A stretch of DNA of 63,749 bases, the filler included, from Octopus bimaculoides (Eukaryota): NCBI RefSeq assembly GCF_001194135.2. It is 7 parts of 6 records of this genome, joined end to end, with 100 filler letters (N's around TTAATTAATTAA, not from the genome) between each part and the next. Parts side by side here need not be neighbours in the genome. Positions count along the whole stretch, not along the records: positions 32,153 to 48,307 come from NC_069005.1; positions 48,408 to 53,576 come from NC_069004.1; 5 more parts are not named here. One strand, 5' to 3'. The position numbers were made by a program, and so were the translations under genes. This document shows positions 38,940-52,843 of the stretch, in pieces (the first letter of the stretch is position 1; each line of letters opens with the position of its first letter). The notes under the pieces were generated by a model. The model did not search any database and was not told the origin of the DNA. It saw only the letters and a list, made by a program, of their open reading frames with translations.

Positions 38940-38954
38940 CATTGTTTTAGGGGG

Positions 38955-39100
38955 CGAATTGGCAAAGTTGTTAGCGAACAAGACAAAATGCTTTGCAGTA
39001 TTATATTCCACTTCGCTGCATTCAGAGTTCAAATCCCACCAAGGTCAACTTTGCCTTTCATCTTTTCTGAGGTTTGATAAAATAAATTTACAGTTCTAGG
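38955..39100 (+). mobile_element. SINE family B, diverged
   Basis: ggcaaagttgttagc head, agagttcaaatcccaccaaggtcaactttgcc. Confidence 0.7.
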
Positions 39101-39617
39101 ATTGTGGAATTATTACCAAGTGATACATTACAGTGTCTGTTCTGGTGGATCTTTGCGTCCACAGTTCTTCGAGTGGTGGGGGCCAACGAAAGGAAATTTT
39201 CTGCGCTAAACTAGAGCCCTTTCGGGCGCCTAGCAAGCGGGGCAGTTCCTCTCAAAATTCAAGGCTGATGTTAGGGGTTTTTCCTCTTTCTTTTTTTAAG
39301 GGTCTATTAGATATTTACCGCCTCCCCCATCTCCATCGTTCTCTGTTGTTCTCGGTACGAAGTAACAAGCTAAATCCTTTCTCGTATAATCCCTGGATAG
39401 GTTTAATCTGTTATCCGGTTTAACACCACCACCTGGTCTTTAGGGGGCTATTTGTGGAGTTCCCTTTGTTATATGTGCGTATGTCTATATGTGTGCGTGT
39501 GTATGCATGCATGCATGTATGTATGTATATATAAAGACATACGTATGCATGTGTATCTATGTCTGTATGCATACGTATGTATGCATGCATGTGTGCGTGC
39601 GTATGTATGTATGTATG

Positions 39618-39692
<75 letters not shown>

Positions 39693-39722
39693 ATGAGATT
39701 TAATATTGCTTATATATATATA

Positions 39723-39757
<35 letters not shown>

Positions 39758-39822
39758 CGGAGTAAGCACATAAAATGTGCAACAAGGTGGAAAAAAGAGT
39801 ACTCAAATACCAGAGGTAGAGT

Positions 39823-39959
39823 AATATGCTTTATTTAAAAGCAGCAGAAATGTAACAAAAGACTGTTACTCTGAGTTTCACGTTCCCATGAACGGGAACG
39901 TGAAACTCAGAGTAACAGTCTTTTTGTTACATTTCTGCTGCTTTTAAATAAAGCATATT
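39823..39959. repeat. 65-bp-arm foldback hairpin, probably an internally deleted MITE
   Basis: Arms 39823-39887 and 39894-39959 complementary except one extra T. Confidence 0.93.
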
Positions 39960-40676
39960 TATATCGTCGGTAAATCATAAATCCGAAAGAGAAGCACGTT
40001 CTAAGCAGCAGAGTAATAAAGATAGGAACCCTATAAACGGGTCATAGTTATCTTTATCTAATATTAATGTAGATGTAATAAAATTGTTTAGCGTTATGGG
40101 GATTTGAAACCGGCCAGGTTGAATTTCTGCAGCCACCTAAGTGTTTAGCAATAGACTTTTTTTTTTATTAGAAAATTTGGACTGGTACATTGATGAGTTT
40201 TTCTTTTAAATTATACAAGCTTTTCATAAAAGTATAAGCTTTTCTAAAAAGGTTTTGATCTGAGTGTGTCTCCCGTCTCCTGTTTATCCTGATGGGGGAG
40301 TCATCGCCGCTGAGAACCACTTCGCCTTCCATCCTTTCCGATTGAATACTGGGGTCGATATAATCGACTTATTCCCTTTCTCATGTGAGCTTGCTGGCTT
40401 TTTGTCAACATTCGAAATCTTCATTATCATCATCAGCATCACCACCACTAGTAGCAGCATTATTTCTATTTTACTTCTCAGAACCCTCGATTTTACTTGC
40501 TCCCGTTAATTTTGTAAGGGCGGACAGCAACCTGTTGTCAAAGGTCCACTCTCTTGAGTCTCTGTGATTAGCAGCTAAGTGACAGACCGAAACGATATGA
40601 CCGAAAATCTGATGGATCCGGGGGTGATCAGGAATTAAACAACACCGAATAATCATAGCTAGTGTTGATGATTGGC

Positions 40677-40853
40677 AGTGCCGTCATAAGGCGTGGGGCA
40701 CACGGAGCAGTTGTCTCCGGGGCCTCACGGATCCAGGGGTCCGATTCTAATCTGTATATGCTGTGGCTTGCCGCCAGTAAAAAATACTGTAGGTCCCGGC
40801 CTGTTGCATTGATTGTCCCCCAGGGGCCTACAATGTTGTTTAGACAGCCCTGC
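40677..40853. mobile_element. MITE with cag[tg]gccgtc-type termini (related copy ~41136-41310)
   Basis: cagtgccgtcataa ... ttagacagccctg imperfect TIRs. Confidence 0.55.
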
Positions 40854-43299
40854 GTTATTTGCTCAGCACGAGAAATCCATCTCCTCGTCGTCGTCGTCGC
40901 CACCCTCCTCCTTCTCTTTCTCATCATCATCATCATTATCATCGTCATCATCATCATTTCCGTCGTCGCTGTCACCGTCATCATCATCATCACCATCACC
41001 ATCATCATCATCATCATCATCAATATATGATGGCCATTAGTCGGTGTTGGTGAAACAAGTGACCTGGAAGGAAGATTCTCTGAAATGGAAATTACTGTCA
41101 GCTTGGGAAGTATTCCTTGGAGCTTCAAGACAACTGAAGTGCCGCCTTAACACATCGACACACCGGGCAGTTTTTTTCAGGAAGTTCCACGGGGGTCCCC
41201 AGAGGCCCAGTGCTAACCTTGTTTATATGTAGGAGACCTCCATGCATTGGTTTGCCGAGGGTGAGGGTTTGGTGGGGGGAAGGGGCAATAATTTTGTTTA
41301 AACGGCCTTGGATAACAGTGGAGAGACAGACAGACAGACAGAGACAGATAGACAGATAGACAGACAGGCAGACAGAGAGAGACAGACAGAGAGAGAGACA
41401 GACAGAGAGAGAGACAGAGAGACAGACAGATAGACAGAGAGAGAGAGAGAGAGACAGCCAGGCAGACAGAGAGAGAGAGACAGACAGACAGAGACAGACA
41501 GACAGACAGAGAGAGGGTGAGAGAAAGAAAGAAACAAAGAAAAAAGAGGGGAGAGAAAGAAAGAACGAGGGGGGAGAAAGATAGAAAGAAAGAAAGAGGG
41601 AGAGAGTAAGAGAGAGAGACGGACACTGGAACATTGGAAAGGTGAAAGGGTCAGCATTGTTGTTTAGACCCTTCCAAGTTGCTCCTTGGTCAAACAGGAA
41701 CCAACTTCAATGGAAGGGACTCCAACCAGGACCATCTCCACTACATCCAGGAAAACGTTCGAACAAATCGACCCCACGACTTGTTCTTTATAAGCTTAGT
41801 ACTTATTCTATCGGTCTCTTTTTGCCGAACTGCTAAGTTACGGCGACGTAAACACACGTTCGTTGTTTTGCTTCTTTTCTTTTCGTTTTTTTTTGTTTTA
41901 ATTGGTTTATTTGAAGTGTGTGTGTGTGTGTGTGATCTACTCACGAAATTTGGTCAGCCCTGGTCTACAGTAAAAGGCACTGANNNNNNNNNNNNNNNNN
42001 NNNNNNNNNNNNNNNNNNNNNNNNNNNNNNNNNNNNNNNNNNNNNNNNNNNNNNNNNNNNNNNNNNNNNNNNNNNNNNNNNNNNNNNNNNNNNNNNNNNN
42101 NNNNNNNNNNNNNNNNNNNNNNNNNNNNNNNNNNNNNNNNNNNNNNNNNNNNNNNNNNNNNNNNNNNNNNNNNNNNNNNNNNNNNNNNNNNNNNNNNNNN
42201 NNNNNNNNNNNNNNNNNNNNNNNNNNNNNNNNNNNNNNNNNNNNNNNNNNNNNNNNNNNNNNNNGTGAATTGAGGTCGGTCCGGGTTATCATAGAACCCT
42301 CCCAGATAATCTGGTGACCAAAAAGCTCCCCCCTTTTTATTCTCTTTACCTCTTTCTCGTTCTTTTTCTTCCTCGTTTGTTTCCCCTCCTACTTTTCTCA
42401 ACCATCGCCACAAGTCGCCGTCACCACCACCAACGTCACCACCAAAGTCACCATCACTACCACCACCACCACCGCTAATACCACTTACACCACCACCATC
42501 ATTACCACTACCACCGCTGTCATAGCTACCACCACCACCACAAGGTAAACTACCAACTGAACCTAATTTTGTCTCTGGCGTTCATTAAACAATAACTTGA
42601 TTAGCTTTTTTCGTTTCAAGTTTCTTTTTTCATTGTTCTATTTTTTTTAATAATGACACTGACCTTATTTTCACAGTTTTTCTCTATCTGACAGATGTTA
42701 CCTTATGTCAATATATGACCACCACCATCATCATTTTATTATCATCATCATAGCAGCTGAAACTGTTTCTATCAGAACACTGTCACTCTCTTTTCTCTGG
42801 CCACCACCACCACCACACTATCCACAACGATCGTCATCGTCTTCATCATCATCACGTCTGCACCTATTCCACTATTTTTCTTTTTGTCCGTCCTTTCAGT
42901 TCTACATCTCTTCATCTCATATCCAGATGCGCACACACACGCACCTTCTTCAAGTGCCACTACCGTAAACAGAATGCTACCAACCTAAGTTCCCATAACA
43001 ATAAATAAATACAGGGTTTTCTTTCTGTCAGAAATGCAAATCAAGTCATTCGCAACAACCATACCAGTTTTAATTAAAATTTGTAACAATCAATTTAATA
43101 GATATTTGCTTCTATCACCGCCGCCACGCGCCTCTCTCTCTCTTAGAAATTGTGGATTTAATGTTTAGAAATATTATGAATGTAAACATAGGCACCTTGT
43201 GCAAGTGTCTACTAATACAGCCCCGAGCAGACTAAAGCTTTGCGAGTCGATTTGGTAAACGGAAACTGAAAGAAGCTTGTTATATATATATATACTCTT

Positions 43300-43640
43300 T
43301 TACTTGTTTCAGTCATTTGACTGTGGCCATGCTGGAGCACCGCCTTTAGTCGAGCAAATCGACCCCAGGACTTATTCTTTGGAAGCCTAGTACTTATTCT
43401 ATCGGTCTCTTTTGCCGAGCCGCTAAGTGACGGGGACGTAAACACACCAGCATCGGTTGTCAAGCGATGTTGGGGGGACAAACACAGACACACAAACATA
43501 TATACGACAGGCTTCTTTCAGTTTCCGTCTACCAAATCCACTCACAAGGCTTTGGTCGGCCCGAGGCTATTACAGAAGACACTTGCCCAAGGTGCCACGC
43601 AGTAGGAATGAACCCGGAACCATGTGGTTGGTAAGCAAGC
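43300..43640 (-). mobile_element. SINE family A, young full-length copy
   Basis: Complete head to tail, CpGs intact. Confidence 0.9.
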
Positions 43641-43879
43641 TATATATATATGTGTGTGTGTGTGTATAGATGGATATATGTGTGTATGCTAAGCCACGGA
43701 TTTTATTATATATATCGTCAATGTATCATATATTAGAAAAAAGTACAGAGCAGTAATGTTACGTCTGTATCTGGTGACCAATGGTTTCACATCCATAAAG
43801 GACCCATGGAAGCAGGAATCCGTTACGGTCAGGTACATTTGGCCGGCCTATCGGGTTGCCCCGTTATTACTTTAGTAGA

Positions 43880-44276
43880 TCTGATATTAATTTAATTATC
43901 GCCTCATGGTTAGATGAGGCTTTCAAAAATAAGTCTATAGACTCATTAAAATGTTCCTCCCCACGGAAATCTTTAGTAAAAGGCGAAAGATTTATCCGCT
44001 CGGGGTGAGGAGAAACCAGAGTTAACGTCTATTATTTCACATTCAGTATTATACAAAATATCTGAATGAACTAACACTGATTTTAAAATATAAATTAATA
44101 CTTATAATTAATTCTGTGCTGCACAAATTTTAGATATTTTTATATTTTGATAATTATTACATTATAATAAATATTTTATACTATATCTTGTAAGCTAATA
44201 TTTAGATTTTAATTAAATAAAACTAAATATATTTATATCTATCAGTGATGTTTATAAGTGACCTTCACCTTGATAA
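43880..44276. repeat. 397-bp direct repeat, copy 1
   Basis: High identity to 47371-47767. Confidence 0.93.
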
Positions 44277-44334
44277 AGATTTTCCTCCCTTCTAAAACCA
44301 CATATTTCTGTAAGTAGAGGGGCATATTAGGGAA

Positions 44335-44680
44335 GCGGACACGCGGTGGTAGGCTTGTGGCTTCGATACCCAGACCGGACGTTGTGAGTGTTTAGTGATC
44401 GAAAACACCTAAAGCTCCACGAGGCTCCGGCAGTGGGGGGGGGGGGAAACCCCGCTGTACTCTTTCACCACAACTTTCTCTCACTCTTTGTTTCTGTTGT
44501 ACTTGTATTTCAAAGGGGCCAGCCTTGTCACACTTTGTGTCACGCTGAATCTCCTCGAGGACCACGCTAAGGGTTACACGTGTCTGTGGAGTGCTCAGCC
44601 ACTTGCACGTTAACTTCACGAGCAGGCTGTTCCGTTGATTGCATCAACTGGAACCCTCGTCGTCGTAACCGACGGAGTGT
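44335..44680 (+). mobile_element. SINE family C, near full length
   Basis: Head, cacctaaagctccacgagg core, gtcgtaaccgacggagt tail. Confidence 0.85.
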
Positions 44681-44814
44681 CACGAATTTTTCTGTAAACA
44701 AAAGGAACGAATTTATAAATATGTAAGGCTGCATGTAGTCACTTCACACGCTAGAAATAGCAGCCAAATTTCCCTCAAATCATACAGACATATTTATGTG
44801 TGTGTGTGTGTGTA

Positions 44815-45110
44815 TTTGCCCTCACCCCATCACCGTTTGACAACCGGTGTCGGTGTGTTAACGTCACCGAAACGTAGCGGTTCGGCAAAAGAGACCGACA
44901 GAATAAGTTCTAGGCTTTAAGAATCAGTCTCGGGGTCGATTTGTTCGACTAAAATCCTTCAGGGTGGTGCTCCAGCATGACCGCGATCAGATGACTAAAA
45001 CAAATGAAAGAATAAAAGAATAATAGAATAAGTACTGAGGTCGATTTATGCTCGATAAAGCATTCAAGGCAGCGCTCCAGCATGGCCGCTGTCTAACGAC
45101 GGAAACTAGT
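44815..45110 (+). mobile_element. SINE family A 3' half with duplicated tail
   Basis: Two successive gctccagcatg tails. Confidence 0.8.
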
Positions 45111-45364
45111 AGCAGGTAACAGATATGGAACCCTGCTGCTAATAACATCTTGCATTATAGTTGTGATAATCGATTTGGTGAAGAATAGCGTCGTTGGTTA
45201 CCAAGGGGGGGATAATCATCGTATTGTGGCGACAATCACATGGAACGGTCGTGTAACTAGAAGGGGACGGATCAAACATTACGGGGTATTTTGTGTTTCG
45301 AAGCACCATTTTATCGCGGGTATTTTTTAATCGTTCACCGAAAACCATCAAACAGCCAGGCATG

Positions 45365-45400
<36 letters not shown>

Positions 45401-47370
45401 CGTGTGTGTATGTAATGTATATGTCTGTTTGTGTGTAAGAGAACCGACAGAGTATGTACCGAACTTAAAAACTACTCGTGTTGATTTGTTTGGCAAAACC
45501 TTTCAAAGCGGTGCTCCAGCATGGCTGCAATCCAGTAACTGAAGCGAGTGATTTATATATGTGAATATATGTATGCATGTATGTATACATATTCACACAC
45601 ATGCAAAGAGAAAGAAAGAAATTGGTTGACAGTGGCTCGCATTTGAACAACAAACACGTAATGTGTGTTTGTGTGTATGTAACACATAGATGGACAGACA
45701 GAGAGAGAGGGGGGGAGGGAGAGAGAGAGAGAGAGGGAGAGAGAGCGAGAGAGAGGGGGGGAGAGAGAGAGAGATGCGGATGCACGTAATAAGCTTTCGC
45801 TAACAGTTTTTCACGAACCGAATAACACTCCTTTTATGAACATAATCGAAAACCACACACTTCGATCCAGCCTAGAACTAACTACACACTTGCAAAACGA
45901 ACTTAATTCCATAGTCATTACCTGGCCGCAGTCGTTGTTGTTTAGCTCTGATCGAGCAGATTCAAAGAACAAAGGCATCGCATAAATTTTGGTAGAGTGC
46001 GCTTTCGCTGTTGTTTCTAGCGATTAGAGAGACCTCATAAACGCCCTTTACGTCAGACACCGATCACAGAAAGTTTGTGATCTTCCTCCGAAGATGCAGC
46101 GTGAATTCGTTCAACAGTCTTAAGTACTATCGATATTTATTACAGCCAATAACATTATGAGTTCAAACCCTTTCAGTAGAACTCGGTAAAATAAATACCA
46201 CCCAAGGACGAGGTGGAAATAGAATCGATTTAATCATTTCTGTCTGGTGATATACCTCATCTTGCATTTGAATTTACGAATCATGATTAAATTTTTCTCT
46301 CAATTTAAACTAGCAGAACCATGATCAACGGCGTTCTAGACACGACCATCACGTCTTTTTCGACACACTTGGGTATCAATTGGCCGTTATTTCTAGCAGA
46401 AAGAGTGATCATGTACGAGAATTATATCGTTTTAATTTGTCTAAGCGGGCTGGAGGTTGTGATAGGGTGGCGGAGCAGATCTTTCGGTGAAATCTAATTT
46501 TTATTTAAAATTGTTTACGTTTTTGGTATTTAAAATTCTGATGAACAAGTGAAAGAATATATCAACTTTTTTCTACTATTTCACTTGTTCAAATTCTATC
46601 ACTTCCTTGGCCGAAGTTACGGTGTGTAAACAAACCAGCGCACACACATATATCCGACGGGCTTCGTTCGATTTGGCTCCACCAAAACCCATTTATAAAG
46701 CTTTGCCTGGGGTTACAGCAGAAGACACGCTATGGGACTGAACCCAAGGTAAAATGGTTAGGGGAATAAGTATACACACACCGGAGGTCGTGTGGGAGAC
46801 AGACTTGTGCAGGGTGATAAATTCCTTCCCCAAAGACGCATCTTCTTACTGAAGTGGCCCGATGAAGAACCAGCGAGGTGCTTAAGTGAAGCACGGAGTC
46901 TGGTCGGGTGGTAAAATGTAAGAGGATGAGTACCTCATATTGAAAGGGCTTGTGGCCCCATAAAAAGAAAAGTGTAAGAGGCAAGTGCCTCATTTCAAAG
47001 ACATGATAAATTGAAATTGTAAAAGGTTCATAGCCTCAAATTGTAAATTTATAAAAGATTTAGAGAAGTAGAGTTCGGCGGTAGGCTCCTGTCTTCTCCC
47101 ATTAATACCATCTTACTAATGTGTTTGTCCAGCCCGTAGCTACTACTCTGTGTACTGCCTTTATGGCAAATTGAATGAAATAAAGTATACACACATATAT
47201 CCGACGGGTTTCGTTCGATTTGACTCCACCAAACCCATTCATAAAGCTTTGTTTAGCCTGGGGTTACAACAGATGACACTGTGGGACCGAACCCGGGAAA
47301 TAACAGTTCGGGGATCACAACCAAGTCGTTGTAAGGTAGAGTTTGGTCTTACTTAACCAATATTAATTAG

Positions 47371-47767
47371 TCTGATATTAATTTAATTATCGCCTCATGG
47401 TTAGATGAGGCTTTCAAAAATAAGTCTATAGACTCATTAAAATGTTCCTCCCCACGGAAATCTTTAGTAAAAGGCGAAAGATTTATCCGCTCGGGGTGAG
47501 GAGAAACCAGAGTTAACGTCTATTATTTCACATTCAATATTATACAAAATATCTGAATACACAAACACTGATTTAAAAATATAAATTAATACTTATAATT
47601 AATTCTGTGCTGCACAAATTTTAAATATTTTTATATTTAAATAATTATCACATTATAATAAATATTTTATATTATATTTTATAAGGAGATATTTAGATTT
47701 TAATTAAATAAAACTAAATTTATTTCTATCTATCAGTGATGTTTATAAGCGACCTTCACCTTGATAA
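47371..47767. repeat. 397-bp direct repeat, copy 2
   Basis: High identity to 43880-44276. Confidence 0.93.
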
Positions 47768-48269
47768 CGATTACTGATTTCTCTCCCATGTCAGGCTTGT
47801 ACGTAGTCGCTTTGCATGCTAGAAATAGCAGCCAAATCTCTCTCAAATCATACGATTAAGGACACATTGGATAATGTAGATTTATATAATCTGTTAGAAA
47901 AAGAAAAAATACGAGATGGTCACGCCTGGAATGCCTTTCGCTCATTGCTCTACTCGATCAGAGCTCACCGGGAATTAAAAACGTCACTATTCATGAAATA
48001 TAATGATAGTTGTTGTTTAGCTACGGACCGATATTGATTGAATAAAACTGTATGATCAAAATTCTTTCAGCCATAACAATCAGGTTTTGTTTATTTATTC
48101 ATTTATTGCTGTTTTTATTTTTGTATACTTTGGACTACATAATGCTTAATGGTCGAGTTTAGCTTAAAACAAACTGGCTGCTATTTCTAGCAGATCGAGC
48201 GACCATATAAAGGCTATAAACAGCTGGTCGCGAACGCTGTTGTTTCGTTTGATGAAGGGAGTGCGTGCG

Positions 48270-48307
<38 letters not shown>

Positions 48308-48497
48308 NNNNNNNNNNNNNNNNNNNNNNNNNNNNNNNNNNNNNNNNNNNNTTAATTAATTAANNNNNNNNNNNNNNNNNNNNNNNNNNNNNNNNNNNNN
48401 NNNNNNNTATATATATATATATATTACAAATATATGTATGTACTATACATCTTTATGTCTATACTGTTATAATATAATATATCACTTATTGCCTTAC

Positions 48498-48655
48498 CTT
48501 GCCAATAAACTTTTGTTTTGTCTTTGATAACACCTGGTATTCGCAGAATAATTTTGAGTGTAATGTTGATTTGGATCAAGCCTTTAAATTCCTCCTCACT
48601 CTGATCAATTCGTCTTTGGAAATTTAGAAACATAAAGACAAGCAAACTACCATTT
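48498..48655 (-). CDS. SEA-domain mucin-like gene, SEA exon 3 (phase 2 to 1): NGSLLVFMFLNF...KTKVYWQ
   Basis: ttttcttgttttcag acceptor, CAAG|GTAAGG donor, 158 nt open; completes the LRNGSLLV motif. Confidence 0.9.
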
Positions 48656-49345
48656 CTGAAAACAAGAAAAACGAAAAGTTAATGTTTTATAACAAGACAC
48701 GAATATATTCTGTAAATATTTCTTTTTCCTTTCAAGAAGTTTTAATTTTAACCACAGAAATCACAAAATATTCCTTCTCAGAATTGTCGATCGCTACTCA
48801 ACTTCTCTCACCAGAGATTACGTTTAGTTTCTGCAAAGAATAATTTCTCAGTATTCAAAACAAAAGCATTAAAAATCATATAAATATCTCCCCAGTGTTG
48901 ATGCTTAGACCCTCAATATTCTTTCTTTTTATCTCTCCCTCTGCTTTGTTCTCTTCCAGTTTTTGTACCAATATGGAGAAACTAAATTTAGAAAGTGTTT
49001 CGATTTCCAACAAGTATTCTCTTTCAACTCTTGTCAACTATCGCCCTTTCAAATCTCTCGTAAAACATTGTAGACGTAATCAAATCGTAATTAACTATCA
49101 CCGTTTCCCATTGACTCGTTCCTACATCCAATTCGAACTCATTTCAATTATGTAACAGCTTTTATGTAAGGTTTGTATATTTTTAATAAGTGTACAATCT
49201 GATGTTTTCATGTTGTGTATCTTCTGCTCGTTCATTCTACGTGTTGTTCTATTGCTTAATCAGAATAAATGATAATCATTTGTGTTTGTGATATTCCGTA
49301 AATTTGTTTACGTAGTTCATCGTATAACACGAGAAATTAATGTCC

Positions 49346-49395
<50 letters not shown>

Positions 49396-49875
49396 CAGAG
49401 AGAGAGAGATAGATAGATAGAGAAAGTGTGTGTGTGTGTTTATCCCTTACCACTTGACAATCGATGTTGGTGTGTTTATGTTTCCGCAACCTAGCGTTTC
49501 GTCAAAAGAACTGATAAAATAAATCCCAGGTTTAACAAAAGAAGCAAGTACTGGGGTNNNNNNNNNNGCGCGTGCATGATTTATTTTTTTGTTCTCCTAG
49601 CGTCTCAAGTCTAGGAAAATGTTCGTTCATTAAAGTTTCTGTCCAGCGTTCTATGACTATGTTTCTCGACATTTTTCAATGTCGAGAAGAAAATATATAA
49701 TTTTAAAAAGGTTGAAACTGCCCCTAAAGGGCCAATTCCTACCTTGAAAACACAATAAAAAGAAAGTTTGGTGCTTCACACACCTTATATACAAAATTTC
49801 CAACAAAATATGGGCAATAAAAGGTCAAATAAACGTTTACCTTCGCAGCCGATGTGACAGCACGTCCGTGAGAAG

Positions 49876-49917
<42 letters not shown>

Positions 49918-50038
49918 AGTGATAGATAGATACATGCATACATACATTCATACATATGTACACACACATATATATGTTTATCATACACACAAGTAAACAT
50001 TATTGCCTTACGAAAGGGAAACCTGTCGTTCCACTGAC

Positions 50039-50109
50039 CTTAATTCGGTAACATTACTGCCAACATAATTGTCTTCAAGCTTACTGTCGTTTCTCATTGA
50101 TTCATCAAC
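50039..50109 (-). CDS. SEA-domain mucin-like gene, SEA exon 2 (phase 0 to 2): VDESMRNDSKLEDNYVGSNVTELR
   Basis: ttttctttttattaattttag acceptor, AAG|GTCAGT donor, 71 nt; phases fit both neighbours. Confidence 0.88.
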
Positions 50110-50634
50110 CTAAAATTAATAAAAAGAAAACATTTACAAATCTAAAAATACTCTGAGATTTTCGAAGGGGCGGCAGAAATGATCAAAAATCTTCGACATA
50201 ATAATACTGACTTTTATCTAAAGAAAACTTTTTCGATTCTTACAGCAAAATTGTGTAAAATCATAATACAAATAAATACATTTTTCACAAATCTTGATAT
50301 CACTACAATTCCTCCGTTGCTTGCGAAAATTTCGGTACATTATCAATGGCAATAGCGAAGTGATGGCAGCACATTCGATGGATGCATATCTGCATATTTG
50401 ATATAGAGTTGCACAAACGGACACTTGCAGAAAAACTCACATTCGTATACCCCACACACTTATGCATATACACAATATATACATAGTAGTGATAGTAAGC
50501 CAATAGTTACACTCTAGTCTTATCCACTTCGAGTTACACCGAAAATATTGTTTAATATTTATTTGCATACATATGCGCAAACACAAACAGAAAAATCCAA
50601 ACACGTTCACACGGTGTAAACATATATATTTGTG

Positions 50635-50672
<38 letters not shown>

Positions 50673-51597
50673 ACACCATGTGTGNNNNNNNNNNNNNNNN
50701 NNNNNNNNNNNNNNNNNNNNNNNNNNNNNNNNNNNNNNNNNNNNNNNNNNNNNNNNNNNNNNNNNNNNNNNNNNNNNNNNNNNNNNNNNNNNNNNNNNNN
50801 NNNNNNNNNNNNNNNNNNNNNNNNNNNNNNNNNNNNNNNNNNNNNNNNNNNNNNNNNNNNNNNNNNNNNNNNNNNNNNNNNNNNNNNNNNNNNNNNNNNN
50901 NNNNNNNNNNNNNNNNNNNNNNNNNNNNNNNNNNNNNNNNNNNNNNNNNNNNNNNNNNNNNNNNNNNNNNNNNNNNNNNNNNNNNNNNNNNNNNNNNNNN
51001 NNNNNNNNNNNNNNNNNNNNNNNNNNNNNNNNNNNNNNNNNNNNNNNNNNNNNNNNNNNNNNNNNNNNNNNNNNNNNNNNNNNNNNNNNNNNNNNNNNNN
51101 NNNNNNNNNNNNNNNNNNNNNNNNNNGATATATATATATATATATGGGAGAATATACAAATAATAACAACAGACGAGGACAGGTGGTGTAAATAACAAAA
51201 GGATATATTAGTATGACGCTCGGGAATACAGAAAGTCTTTGACGTTTCGAGCATATATATGCATATATATATATATATATGTATGTATTTATTTATACAC
51301 ACAAACAAACAAACGTATTGCCGAATATGATTATGCGCATGTATTTTTGTTAATGTGTCCCGCTATGATTGTCCCGTAAATCCGAGTCATTAGTTTTGTT
51401 GACGTATAAAATCTTAATCCTCACATTGCAGACGAAAATATGTCAGTCCGAAACGAATACAACTTCCACTATCAGAAAGCATGCACTATAATAGATCAGC
51501 CCGGTTTAAATGACTTCTAGAATCTATCTCCAAAATTTGAGAGTAGCGAGAACAGGAAACGTCTAAGAGACGTCTATGACGTTAATGTGAATCTTAC

Positions 51598-51710
51598 CTT
51601 TGTGGTGATTTCCTCAATTTTCTGCTGGGTCTCATTTGCGTCAAGGTTGGAATATATTCGTTTGTATTTTTCATCCAGGGACATTTCTAAGTTCATAACT
51701 ACGTTAGTAA
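51598..51710 (-). CDS. SEA-domain mucin-like gene, SEA exon 1 (phase 1 to 0): xTNVVMNLEMSLDEKYKRIYSNLDANETQQKIEEITTK
   Basis: ctaac branch point, poly-pyrimidine tract, cacag acceptor, AAG|GTAAGA donor, 113 nt. Confidence 0.9.
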
Positions 51711-52843
51711 CTGTGAAGGGAATTAAAAACAAGGTCAGGTTAGAAGGAAACCAATAATAACTATAAATCATTATACAAAAAGTTCTGCACAGAATCATAG
51801 AGGCAAAGAAGGGGACATTTCATAGGAAAATGGTCAGGAAACTTCGAGCACCAAACTCAAACTTAAAAGTCCAACGAAAGCACCGTTTGTTCAAATAAAT
51901 GTTCATACTTCACAAGAAGATTCCGGATGGCATTACAGACAAGATGAATTTTGTCTCACTACACAGACTAATCTAGTATACATCATTATCTATCTATCTA
52001 TCTATTTACTTCTCTCTCTTTCAAAATTCACTTGTATATATATATAAGTATATATATATNNNNNNNNNNNNNNNNNNNNNNNNNNNNNNNNNNNNNNNNN
52101 NNNNNNNNNNNNNNNNNNNNNNNNNNNNNNNNNNNNNNNNNNNNNNNNNNNNNNNNNNNNNNNNNNNNNNNNNNNNNNNNNNNNNNNNNNNNNNNNNNNN
52201 NNNNNNNNNNNNNNNNNNNNNNNNNNNNNNNNNNNNNNNNNNNNNNNNNNNNNNNNNNNNNNNNNNNNNNNNNNNNNNNNNNNNNNNNNNNNNNNNNNNN
52301 NNNNNNNNNNNNNNNNNNNNNNNNNNNNNNNNNNNNNNNNNNNNNNNNNNNNNNNNNNNNNNNNNNNNNNNNNNNNNNNNNNNNNNNNNNNNNNNNNNNN
52401 NNNNNNNNNNNNNNNNNNNNNNNNNNNNNNNNNNNNNNNNNNNNNNNNNNNNNNNNNNNNNNNNNNNNNNNNNNNNNNNNNNNNNNNNNNNNNNNNNNNN
52501 NNNNNNNNNNNNNNNNNNNNNNNNNNNNNNNNNNNNNNNNNNNNNNNNNNNNNNNNNNNNNNNNNNNNNNNNNNNNNNNNNNNNNNNNNNNNNNNNNNNN
52601 NNNNNNNNNNNNNNNNNNNNNNNNNNNNNNNNNNNNNNNNNNNNNNNNNNNNNNNNNNNNNNNNNNNNNNNNNNNNNNNNNNNNNNNNNNNNNNNNNNNN
52701 NNNNNNNNNNNNNNNNNNNNNNNNNNNNNNNNNNNNNNNNNNNNNNNNNNNNNNNNNNNNNNNNNNNNNNNNNNNNNNNNNNNNNNNNNNNNNNNNNNNN
52801 NNNNNNNNNNNNNNNNNNNNNNNNNNNNNNNNNNNNNNNNNNN

